DNA of 58,175 nt from Seison nebaliae (lineage: Eukaryota), in contig JALJEE010002824.1 of NCBI GenBank assembly GCA_023231475.1, forward strand, positions 1 through 58,175, in the 5' to 3' direction. Shown piece by piece: positions 1 through 10,310 of this stretch (its first letter is position 1; each line of letters begins with the position of its first letter). The notes under the pieces were generated by a model. That model was not told the DNA's origin and did not search any database. It saw nothing but the letters and a program-made list of their open reading frames with translations. A program made the translations under genes and the position numbers.

Positions 1-153
1 AACAAATGTATTTTATGTGGAGATAATGCATTCATTCGTTGCAGTTGGTGCGATAAATATTTATGTTTTAACGACTTTTTCTATCCGACACATTTTCACA
101 AAGCATCAATCGTCGAGACTTGCGATGATTGGGTAAGTTCAAAAGATTGTTAG
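1..153 (+). CDS. 3' end of a gene entering from the left, encoding a CxxC...CxxC...C...H zinc-binding module; possibly a pogo/Tigger-like DDE transposase C-terminus
   Basis: Frame 1 reads NKCILCGDNAFIRCSWCDKYLCFNDFFYPTHFHK...KDC* (TAG 151-153). The FIRCSWCxxxLCF pattern resembles C-terminal Cys/His modules recalled from invertebrate pogo-like transposases. Only a fragment is visible; a GTAAGT at 133 could alternatively be a donor. Confidence 0.45.
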   Translation, partial: NKCILCGDNAFIRCSWCDKYLCFNDFFYPTHFHKASIVETCDDWVSSKDC

Positions 154-1450
154 ATTATCAAAAATCAATATAATAAATAATTTGACATAATAATAAATAT
201 ATATAATATAATTTTGAAATTGCTTCATTCCTAAATTTCATTCCATTTCTCAATGTCTTCTTTTGATTCATTCAATTTTGGAATTACATGGATAGATGAT
301 TCCTTCTCGTCATCACACTCAAATTCACATGACTCTCTTGCCTACTCTTTTGTTACTTGTTATATATAATTTTATACAATTTTAAATAATGTTTGTCGAA
401 ATTTAAGAAATCTATATAATTTTAAAACATTCAGTTTAGGAGAAATTAGAATTGATTTTTTAGCTTAATTTCAAAAACTTCATAATTAAATTGTGCACAA
501 AATAAGCACCATCTGAAAAAGTTATTTTAGCTCAATTCATGATAAATAATGTAGTTTATCTTAGTAAATTTTCAGGACGATCTGAGCCGGTACGTAAGTG
601 TAGTTCCCTTGTAAGGACTAACTGAAAAAATTAAAACGAATTGAGAAAACTACTAAAAAATACGGAAGAAAATAATTGTAATAAAGAGAACTGAAACTTA
701 TATACTTTTTCAAGGAATATATTAAAGCAGTTGACACTACTGGAATTTACTGTTAAAAAAGTGCGCGTTCAAAAAATTAAACAAAAATTTTAGTATTCCG
801 TTATAACACGTCATCAAATATATAATTCAATCAACTAGTTATCTACTTATTTATTCACGTGGAATCGGAATCGAAATTCGGTGAGAGTGTTTGCATGTTA
901 TGTAAATATATTGAAATTTTAGAATAATTTAGAACGCGATGGATTTTACTTGTTGCGATTTTAGTCATTCTCTGATGCTCAGGTGTTACAAAGATATCTC
1001 AACGTTATCGATTCTTTGCAAAAATGATGCAACCTTTTAAGATTACTTAATTAGACAGAAATTATGATCTTTTTTATAAAACCCAAAAAGTGTCCAATTA
1101 CTTCAGGTTTTTACTGGGTATATGTAACAACAGTAAAACAGATAATCGTTCTGAAGAGTTCGGAGACAAGAAAATTTAGAGGAATGGAGGCCGATATATA
1201 TCCTATCTCGATTACGATCGAATGCCTTGAAAGCGTTGATGGATATGGATTACCTTTGAATAACTTCTATTGTTAATAATGTTCCGTTTAATGTTTAATA
1301 TTTAATAGATTAATAGACAATGTTTAATAAATGAATAAGCAAAAAAATTTTTAATTGATTCTTAACATTGAAGTAAAGAGTAAATAAATATTTATTCAAT
1401 ACCTCATAAGAAGGGAAATAAAAATTGTTGAGGTAATTTCTTAAAATATC

Positions 1451-3575
1451 TCAAAAATGTCGTTGAGTCCACAAGCGTAAACGAGAAATTAGATTGTTAA
1501 TTTCAACTGCCTCAATTCGATAATCCGTAATCAACTTTAACCATTGAAGAAATCTGACATCAGGTTGATTTTGAGCTGTCACTAAATATCGGCCTAGTAT
1601 CATCGTATTACTAATTTTTTTCATGGCTAATATTCCTTTGATCTACAGTTTAGTTGAATGATTAAGAAGTCAATCGAAAACTGTAACATCTTCTGAAAAG
1701 CATTCAGTACATTCTTCCAATTCCTGTCCAGCTAAACCTTTGATAAGATTTTCATAAAAATTTATTGATTTATTACCGGTCGGTTTCTTTGTTGAAATAA
1801 TTTCTGGTTTAATGGTCGTAACGTCACTAATTACTGAAACTGATTGTGTTTTTGGGAGGAAACTGAAAGAAACTGATGGAAAAGATAAATCACAAAACCA
1901 CCAACGTTGTAGGCTCTTGTTTCTCATTGGCATTCTGATTAACATCCGTTGTATCTTCGGAAATAAACAACTAGAAAATTCGATACTTACTCGAAGTACA
2001 ATAATAAACTTGATGATTCTCGTTTAGTTCATTTGAATCTCTACTAAAGAGAATAAATAATTGTGATTTTATGTTCTATCTGAAAAACCTTTTTATATTC
2101 TTCTTTGTCGTTTTACTTCGTTTACTTTGTTTAGTGTTAGTATTTAGACTGCTACCGTTTCTCTCAGTTTCTTTCAAATGTTTTGATTTGAATTCCGGTT
2201 TTTGGGGGCTAGCTTGAATTAAGAGTTTCTGACCAATTATTATTAGCAAAATTAATTTTAAATTTAGGTACTAAATGAGAAAGAGCAAAACCTTTGGCTT
2301 TTCTCGTTTTTCGTATTCTTTTTTTTTTGCCATAAGAATTTTAGTAAAACTTTCATTAGTTGTACCTTTATCGGATGTATCCTCGACGAGTTTTTCATAT
2401 CTTGCTTTTGGCATGTATGTTGTAAAAGGATGTTTCTTATCATTGTTTTGTAGAGGTACTGGAGATTTGGATCGTCTTTTATGTTTTTCGTAAACTGTAA
2501 GTCCAGGATAAGAAAGATTATGTAACTCATCGAATTCTTCATATGGATTAGGAATGACATGTTCTTTTTGCGAAGAAAGCTTTTGATGTCGTTTTTCAGT
2601 AATTGGGTAATTGGATTTTGAAGATTTGTAATTATTAATATGTCTATTTATCACTTTATTACTATGATTCTTATTGTTGTTATTGTTTTTGTTTTTATTT
2701 AATTTTTTATTTTTTCTTATTTGATTATTGTTGTTGTTGGTATCAGCATAATCTTCTTTTAACAATGATGCTTGACCAATAAAGTAGTTAATCGATTTGT
2801 TCTCTTCTAACAAATTCTCAACGTCGTTAGTTAAACCATCATCAAATGTCAAGTTAGTTCGAGGTACAGCTTTTCGTAAAGATAAAAACGAATTTCTCTC
2901 CTTAACTTTTTTTTCCGATCTCACCTGATTTGTTTTTTTCCCTTTATTTCTTCTACCGATTCTTTTCGCTTTTCTAAATAATTCTTCTATAACAGTTTTC
3001 GACTTTTTTGTGCCACAATTCTTCCCTTTCAAATTACAACCTTTGTTTCCTTCAGTGGAGGTATCGTCATGATTAATAATAGTGACTGAATTGGCAGCAG
3101 CACGGATAGACATCTGACTAATCGCTTCGGACATCTGTGACCATTCTTCTTCATTCTTCTCCATAAGAATATCACGTGGTCCCTCCAATTTTTTCGGAAT
3201 TGGCAGATCTTCATCAGAAATCTCCATTTGTATTACTTCATCTGTCAAATTATTTAAGGATTCTGAGAAAGTTTTTAATGTTGTATTACTTTCATTCGCC
3301 ATACGAACTGATTCACCTTCGATATAATCATTTATTATATCTGGATCATTCACTTCATTTTTTTGCTCTAATGATTCAACTTCTTTTTTCGAAAATGGAA
3401 TGAGACATGACGAATTCGACGTAGCATATAACAAAGCTGTTCCGCTTTCCTTTTTTTTCAAAATTCTGCATCGATTCGGTTTCTCATCACCACTTGCCGT
3501 ATCCTTATGTGTTTTATTAATAGTAAGTACATTGTTGTCATTCCTATACATCTCCTCCATGTTTGTCGACTCCAT
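1451..3575 (-). CDS. Multi-exon protein: long charged/Asn-rich disordered N-terminus plus C-terminal BAF (barrier-to-autointegration factor)-like domain
   Basis: ORF 3575-2293 continues through short GT-AG introns (middle boundaries ambiguous) to a last exon 1642-1451 after intron 1643-1681: IKGILAMKKISNTMILGRYLVTAQNQPDVRFLQWLKLITDYRIEAVEINNLISRLRLWTQRHF*. This resembles the BAF C-terminal half VLGQFLV...FREWLK...CLREWCDAF. Confidence 0.62.
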
Positions 3576-4112
3576 AAGAAAGTATATTGAAAAAAAATGG
3601 AAACAGAAAATTAACAAAATTGAAAGTTAGTGTTTTCAATTTTACGAATTTTTCTACTTTATCATCTTTATTCGTTTCCAAACCGCTCAATATCTCTTAC
3701 ATACCAATATCACTAGAATAATAAAACAAAAAAATTTCCAAATCGTCAAAAAATCTTCTTTGAGTCAACTTATCATGAAAATTAGAGTAATGAGATAAAT
3801 AATTTGACAATAATAAAAATAAAACAAGCCGATAAACTAATTATATAATACTATAAATTATTATTAAAACTTATACGATTATTACTAATTATTATAATTA
3901 AAAGTTTTATACGATAAGATAACTTTGAAATATAAAATCAAGTTTGAGAACTAAAGGAATGTTGAGAAAATCATTATCTACAATTTCTTATTCATTTAAT
4001 TCCACAAAGATAAAAGATTCCTAACAAAATTTAAGCTTTAATATAATAAACAACAATATTTCTATTTTCATACAATTTCAACCCAATTACAACTCATCAA
4101 TAATAAACTTCG

Positions 4113-4118
4113 CACGTG
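4113..4118. promoter_or_regulatory. E-box CACGTG about 40 nt upstream of the NOP10 ATG
   Basis: CACGTG seen in AT-rich flank; Myc-type E-boxes near the TSS are typical of ribosome-biogenesis genes. Confidence 0.4.
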
Positions 4119-4154
4119 AATTAATTCGAATAAACGGTCTGCATTCTCAGCATC

Positions 4155-4382
4155 ATGAATCTTCGATATTATTTCGATATAGAAGGAAAGCGAGTGTACA
4201 CATTCAGTGTTAGAAATTTCTGTAATTTTTTATTTTCAGTATTTTTTCAGACATTCTCGCCAGATAAGAAAAAGACATTTTCAGCTCATCCAGCTAAATT
4301 TTCACCGGATGACAGATTCTCCAAAGAGCGAATACTACTCAAACAAAGATTTAAATTGTTGTCTATTAATTTGAAGAAATAA
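4155..4382 (+). CDS. NOP10: H/ACA snoRNP subunit NOP10 (2 exons; intron 4209-4250)
   Basis: Removing the 42-nt GTTAGA...TTTCAG intron gives MNLRYYFDIEGKRVYTFSTFSPDKKKTFSAHPAKFSPDDRFSKERILLKQRF, colinear with Nop10 (SAHPARFSPDD motif). Confidence 0.95.
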   Translation: MNLRYYFDIEGKRVYTFSVRNFCNFLFSVFFQTFSPDKKKTFSAHPAKFSPDDRFSKERILLKQRFKLLSINLKK

Positions 4383-4477
4383 AAATATTATTTACGATTA
4401 TTTATATTATTTTTGCTGTTTTTTATATTTTATTTATAACGAAATTTCAATGAGGGAAAACAGTTATTTTTAAATGA

Positions 4478-5017
4478 TTACACTTCAATCTTTCCTGATT
4501 TGATGTCCATAGCCACATCATGAGGAGAACGTCCATCAACAAAACATCCGATTGATTGTGCTGTTCCTAAAATTTCTCGAACGGTTCCATCCAAAGTTGC
4601 TGAATTTGATCGAAATCTCATTGTCTTCGCAACTTCGATGACTTTCAATAAAGGAATATTTCCATTATGTTTGATGTTCTTCTCCTTCTTTCGATCTCGT
4701 TTTGGTTCGTTCAATGCCTTTATCAATAAAGCGGAAGCTGATGGAATAATTTTGACGGTGGCATCACGATTTTGGATTGTCAATTCGATACTGACACGTA
4801 ATCCTGCCCATTCTCCCTTAGTAGCTTCGGCGATCTTCTCTCCTACTTTTTTTGGTGGCTATAAAATATAATTAAATTTAAATATCGAAAACATATTTCA
4901 ACTAACCACACCGAGTGGACCAATTTTGGGTGCGAGTACAGAGGCTGGTGTAACTTCACCTCCCACGGCACGCAATGTGACAATGTGAATTGCATTTGGA
5001 TCGATTTTTGCTGGCAT
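4478..5017 (-). CDS. RPL12: 60S ribosomal protein L12 (uL11), 2 exons; intron 4859-4906
   Basis: [37 protein letters not shown] | [10 protein letters not shown]...LTIQNR...[29 protein letters not shown]...[11 protein letters not shown]. Confidence 0.97.
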
Positions 5018-5080
5018 AGTGTAAAATTAATGAGCACAAATTTTTTTCGAAAAGAAATTTACTGAAAAGTGAAGATTGGT

Positions 5081-5100
5081 AAGAGAAGAAAAAGAAAAGA
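5081..5100 (-). promoter_or_regulatory. Polypyrimidine tract, candidate TCT/5'TOP start of RPL12
   Basis: Minus strand TCTTTTCTTTTTCTTCTCTT about 65-85 nt upstream of the RPL12 ATG; TSS not observable. Confidence 0.35.
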
Positions 5101-5513
5101 TTAGATTGTGAGAGATATAGTGTCGGATGGAGATATTTCATCACCTACCGAATTAAATTAAAGTTGCACTACATCTTCTCTAATGGAGAAGATACGAATG
5201 TTTGAAAAACATTAAATTAAATGATTCAACTTTGTATCTTTCAATTGAAGAAAACAATCATAATAGTAAACTATTTAAACGAAACAACTTGCAACCCACA
5301 ATAAACTGTTGTTGTTAAAATTTTGAATTGAATTTTAAAATTTTGAATATTTCCTTAAACACGAGATGATAGAGATGAAACATTTTCTCAAATTAGATCG
5401 AAAATAAAATTATGTGAATGAGATATATATTTCTCTAAATTATTTATTCTGATATCATATTATTATTTAAGGAAATTTGAATTTTACGAAATTAATTTTC
5501 CAGAACATCTAAA

Positions 5514-5845
5514 ATGAAAGGAGTATTCTGTGCCGGTTGTTGTACCGTCATAAGTATATGGGGAATAATCATGTTGGTTAGTATTCTAGTACTCAAAACA
5601 CATTATCAATAACATTACATCATTTCGAATAGTCTTTACTTGGAGTATTTTTCAAAATTCACGCTGTTACCTTAGCGGAAGAATTACCGTTACCAGAAGA
5701 GAATGTCACGAAAGCGATGATGGATCATGCGTATGATAAGACTGCATATAATTGTTGGATTGCTGCTGGATTGTACATTCCTGTACTTATCATTTCGATC
5801 ACTAAACTTAAATTGGCAATGAGGAAGACGAATACAAATATTTAG
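5514..5845 (+). CDS. RNASEK: Ribonuclease kappa / V-ATPase subunit f (2 exons; intron 5577-5632); absent from the ORF track
   Basis: MKGVFCAGCCTVISIWGIIML | SLLGVFFKIHAVTLAEELP...AYDKTAYNCWIAAGLY...*: two TM segments with the SxWGxIML and NCWIAAxLY motifs of RNase kappa. Confidence 0.9.
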
Positions 5846-6235
5846 AATTTACATCATCCAAATTGTGATTCGTCATTAATAAATCATGTCCTAATAACAG
5901 TTTTCCATTCAACCCAACTAGTCAATAAACATTTCATTTAGTCTCTCATTAATTCTTCTTTTTGTCATTCAAATCATTCAATTTTAATTTATTTTCCAAA
6001 ATGTTAATGTATTCTATATTTTTTTTTCATTCTATCACTTCCAAAAATTCGTTCAAAATAAACGGTACAAAATTAAAAAATAAAAATATATTAAAATATT
6101 GATCAAGATAATATAAATAAAGCGTTAATTATGCAGGAATAGAATTAGATAAAAATGGTATTTTTTATTAGCCAAATATTTGAAGAATGAATTTTTCTCT
6201 AAAATATTCTATATGTATTGAACTTACGAAAATGG

Positions 6236-6241
6236 CACGTG
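6236..6241. promoter_or_regulatory. E-box CACGTG about 40 nt upstream of the small-Tim/DDX55 unit
   Basis: AAAATGGCACGTG; nearly the same spacing to ATG as the NOP10 E-box. Confidence 0.4.
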
Positions 6242-6274
6242 TTTTCTTTGTTATACTGCAATGTCTCAATTTAT

Positions 6275-6571
6275 ATGGAGAACTCAGTGGAAGCTATACG
6301 AGAATATTTCCTTACTTATAATCGAGCAGTAAAGTTGTGTTTCAATCATTGTATTCATTCATTTCATCTTCGTTATTTGAGTGAGACGGAGATCGATTGC
6401 ACTACGAAGTGTGCAAACCAGTTCTCATCTTATACTAAACGATTAACAGCGACATTTAGTGATATCCAAGGAGAGAAGTTGCAAAAGAAGATTGTAGAAG
6501 AGACAAAACGATTGGAAGAAGAGAATAAGAAGAATGAAGAAACTCAATCCAGTCAAATGGAGCACGAATGA
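6275..6571 (+). CDS. TIMM10B: Mitochondrial small Tim chaperone (Tim9/Tim10B-like)
   Basis: From ATG 6275: MENSVEAIREYFLTYNRAVKLCFNHC...EIDCTTKC, a twin CX3C motif with YN..CF..C typical of Tim9/Tim10B. Subfamily assignment is less certain than family. Confidence 0.82.
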   Translation: MENSVEAIREYFLTYNRAVKLCFNHCIHSFHLRYLSETEIDCTTKCANQFSSYTKRLTATFSDIQGEKLQKKIVEETKRLEEENKKNEETQSSQMEHE

Positions 6572-8954
6572 GAAGAGTTTGAAAGATATTCCCTCAGTAG
6601 TGGTAGAAAGTGTGAAAAATGTTTGTGGATTTGATACCATGACACCGATCCAGACGGCAGTTATTCCTTTATTGAACAAACATAAAGATGTTGTTGGAGA
6701 AGCGGTTACTGGATCAGGAAAAACGTTAGCTTATGTTATTCCAATTTTATCTGCTCTTTATCAAAAACATATTGATAAGGAAAAGGATGAGAAAGATTTG
6801 AAAAATTCAATTTCTTCCATTATCATCGTTCCCACACGTGAACTGGCCAAACAAGTTTATAATGTGATGTTGGAGTTGGTGGAATATGTGAATAAAACGA
6901 TGGAGAAGAAAGATCATCATTTCAAAGTTTATTGCGCAACTGGAGGACAAGTGAAATTGAAAGACTTTAAAAAGAATCATTCGAATGAGAAGAATATTGA
7001 GAAGAAAAGTCTCTTATTAGACGTAGATAAAATTTTAGACAGGAAGACAAATATTCTTGTAGGAACACCTGGTAGAATCGTTGAATTATTGGAAATGGTT
7101 CCATCTCCTAAACAACCATCAATTCGTCCACTTATCAAAACATCGATGTTCGATTATCTCATTTTAGATGAAGCTGATCTTCTACTTAAAATGGGATTCA
7201 AAAATGTTTTGACGAAAATATTCGAACTTGTACCAAAACAACGACGTACTGGTTTATTCTCAGCGACTCAATTCGACGTAGATAAAGATGGATTGGAAGC
7301 GATTACTGACGCAGGTTTAAGAAATCCTGTGAAAGTTACAGTGAATGAATTAGCGAAGAATGAGAAACAAGCACTTCCACAGAAACTTCATTTACATTAT
7401 GCAATTTGTGAAAGTGAAAATAAACTGAAAATGGTCGTTGGTTTTCTCAAAAATTTATTGAGGAAGAAAGAAGGTATTGACGCGAAGAATCGTAAAATTA
7501 TCATTTTCTTTTCAACTATCGCCGAATCAGAATATTTTTATGAATGTCTCAAACGATATTTTCCATCAAATGAATATGAATCAATTAAAACTTTAATAAT
7601 TCATAGGAAATTAGATGAAAGAAAAAGAAAGAATGTTCTCAATGATTTTGTCACCAGTTCCCATCGGGAAAACGATAGAAAAATCCAACCGGAGAAAGAG
7701 AAAGTAGAATTTTCATTGGAAGAAATTGAGGGTAAAATAAGAGAAATAAAAAAGAAGAAAAATATCAATCGAGAACAAAGACATCGATTAAAGACGTTAA
7801 TAAAAACGGTTCGAAAAATGAAAAAACAACCGGCAGATATCGATATGACAGAGGAGGAAATGAAGATAAAAAAACCATCAACGGTCAACAATCTATCAAT
7901 ATTATTGACAACAGATTTGGTGTCGAGAGGAATCGATTTCGACAACATCGAATGGATAATTCATTTTGATGTTCCTGTTTCCGCTCAAATTTTCATTCAT
8001 CGATGTGGTAGAACTGCTCGAATTGGTAACCATGGTAATTCATTGTTAATGTTGATGAAGAATGAAGAGACATATTTGAATTATATGAAGAAACAATCAA
8101 ATATTCAAATGAATCAACTTCCTTCAAGATTCTATGAAAATGATTCATTAGATTCCATCAATTTTTATGAGAAACAAATCGAATGGTCAAAAAATGAAGC
8201 AGATATGTGTTATCGTTCTAATATCGCCTTCGTCTCTTTCATTCAAAGTTATACGAATCATACGAAATTGACATTATTCGGACCGCACAATATCGAATGG
8301 TTCAACGTGGGGAAATTGTTCGGATTATTGAGATTACCAGCGATGACTGAAGTGAACAAATATTTAATAACGAAATTAAATGCGGAAAAACAACAGAATA
8401 CGAAAAAGAATGAAGAAGTACAAAAGTCTCGTAAAAATGCTGTTTTGGCTGCTGAAGGAAAAAAATATAATTTCATTCAACACGAATCTGAATTGGTCAA
8501 ATCGTTAATGGAGAAAAGTTCGTTGAAAGTAAAGAAAAGTGATACGAAGAAGAAATTCAAAGAAGTTCATGATTTAAAAATGAAGAAGTTGAATGAAAGT
8601 AAAGTGAAAGAGATGAGTCGGAAATCGAGACAATTAAAGAAGTTGATGAAGAAATTGACAATTGAGACTAAGAAAATGTCGAATGTTGAAAATGAAGAAA
8701 AACTGAAAAATGTTATCGCTTCTTATAAATCGATTAAACGACAACAAAGAGACTTGCGGAAAATAGTCGGAAAAGAAACGAATGATAATGATGTCGTTTC
8801 TGAAAATAACGAGAAAGATGACGATGAAGATATGGAAAACGATAATGATTCTGATGAGAATTTAGATGAATCTAATTCTAATGATGAATATGATATTGAA
8901 GATGATGATAATGAAAATGAGAGTTGTGATGATAATGAAATGGAATCGGAATAA
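6534..8954 (+). CDS. DDX55: DEAD-box RNA helicase DDX55/Spb4 (single exon)
   Basis: Q motif GFDTMTPIQ, EAVTGSGKTLAY, PTRELA, TPGR, DEAD, SAT, RGIDF, HRCGRTARIG, then C-terminal AFVSFIQSY and FGLLRLP segments typical of DDX55/Spb4. Confidence 0.93.
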   Translation: MKKLNPVKWSTNEKSLKDIPSVVVESVKNVCGFDTMTPIQTAVIPLLNKHKDVVGEAVTGSGKTLAYVIPILSALYQKHIDKEKDEKDLKNSISSIIIVPTRELAKQVYNVMLELVEYVNKTMEKKDHHFKVYCATGGQVKLKDFKKNHSNEKNIEKKSLLLDVDKILDRKTNILVGTPGRIVELLEMVPSPKQPSIRPLIKTSMFDYLILDEADLLLKMGFKNVLTKIFELVPKQRRTGLFSATQFDVDKDGLEAITDAGLRNPVKVTVNELAKNEKQALPQKLHLHYAICESENKLKMVVGFLKNLLRKKEGIDAKNRKIIIFFSTIAESEYFYECLKRYFPSNEYESIKTLIIHRKLDERKRKNVLNDFVTSSHRENDRKIQPEKEKVEFSLEEIEGKIREIKKKKNINREQRHRLKTLIKTVRKMKKQPADIDMTEEEMKIKKPSTVNNLSILLTTDLVSRGIDFDNIEWIIHFDVPVSAQIFIHRCGRTARIGNHGNSLLMLMKNEETYLNYMKKQSNIQMNQLPSRFYENDSLDSINFYEKQIEWSKNEADMCYRSNIAFVSFIQSYTNHTKLTLFGPHNIEWFNVGKLFGLLRLPAMTEVNKYLITKLNAEKQQNTKKNEEVQKSRKNAVLAAEGKKYNFIQHESELVKSLMEKSSLKVKKSDTKKKFKEVHDLKMKKLNESKVKEMSRKSRQLKKLMKKLTIETKKMSNVENEEKLKNVIASYKSIKRQQRDLRKIVGKETNDNDVVSENNEKDDDEDMENDNDSDENLDESNSNDEYDIEDDDNENESCDDNEMESE

Positions 8955-9133
8955 ACTATTTTTAATTGAATAATAATGTATATTGATTTGTATACAAGAA
9001 GAATAATATCGTTTTAATTTATCATCCTTCTTTATTAAGAAATTATCTTAATATTGTTTAAATTCTTAATAAATATTTTTCAATTAGAACAATGATATAA
9101 GGAAAAATAAAAGTGATTTAACTCATTAAAAAT

Positions 9134-10310
9134 ATGTCGAGTAAGAATGAAGATGAGAATGGAGCAATCTCCTCTAGAGTATCAAACGTCGTTCATATCA
9201 CTAGTAGTGTGAGGGATGTTGAAGTTGATCCATCATCATATGTCATTCAACCTAGCAGTAGTATGAGAGAAGTAGATGCTTCAGATCGATTATCTCGTGG
9301 TTCATTAAAACAAGATTTCTCTAATGCGAGAAAAAGTATTAAAAAAATGACTAGATTCCTCTTACCTCATGGCCATTATGCTGATATTGAATCTGATGTT
9401 AGTTCAATCAATTTAGGAAGTTTCTCATTGTCAACTTATCAATTCGAAGGTTCTGTCAAAGAAGGAGAGATATTTCGAATTATTCAGATATTTATATCGA
9501 AAAGGAATTTTCAAGGGCCCAAAAAATATCTTGTCGTATGATCGTCACAGTATTTATTTGAAGTCCAAACTACTCTTATTTCTCTTCTTCTTACTCATGA
9601 TAATACTTGGTATCATTCTAGTTTGTGGCTACAAATTAGCTAATACAATGATAGTTAAAGACGATCCTTATCGAATTCAAGGTACATATAAACCTTTCAA
9701 AATACGTGGTTGTGTAGATAAGAGATTCTCCGATTTTCAGACGGCTTGTAAAGATGCATCGAATCAATTCTTTGAATTGGAACAATTGAATGATATAGGT
9801 CGGAAATATATCGCATATTTCCATAACAAACGAAGATCGATGGAATATTCATCCAATATGAATTATATATACTATGACTATTATTTAGAACAAAGTGCTA
9901 CTAAACATGCCGCTCAATGTACAATATATTCTGATGAGAAATTCCAACGGTGGGAACCATATTACAAGTATGCCGTTGGTCAAATAGTTCGAGATATCTC
10001 AAATTTAACAAGATTACCTGATTATATGAGAACGTTAGCTGGTGATTCATTAGATGGATTTTTTTGGGAACAGAAGAATCATACTCTCCAATTCTATGTT
10101 GCTGAAGTTACACGAATTGGTTGTGGTATTGCCAAATGTGAATCATTAAAAATTATCGTCTGTAATTATTATCGAGGAGAGAATGAAATGAATGAAATTC
10201 CTTTTCTAAAAGGTCCAGTTTGTTCAAAGTGTCATAACGAAGTATATTGTCGTGGCAATCTTTGTGATTGTGGAGATGTGGAAGATTGTTCTCCGGATCA
10301 TGATTTTTGA
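9134..10310 (+). CDS. CAP/SCP (CRISP/GLIPR-like) domain protein with internal TM anchor (intron 9398-9449)
   Basis: A 52-nt GTTAGT...CGAAG intron joins the two ORFs in frame; TM LLLFLFFLLMIILGIILVC; CAP motifs HNKRRS, RIGCGIAKC, IVCNYY and Cys-rich GPVCSKC..C...LC. Confidence 0.8.

Noticed and set aside
1064..1276. 70-aa ORF with faint cystine-knot-like spacing
   Set aside because: Too few cysteines, and no signal peptide or supporting exons.
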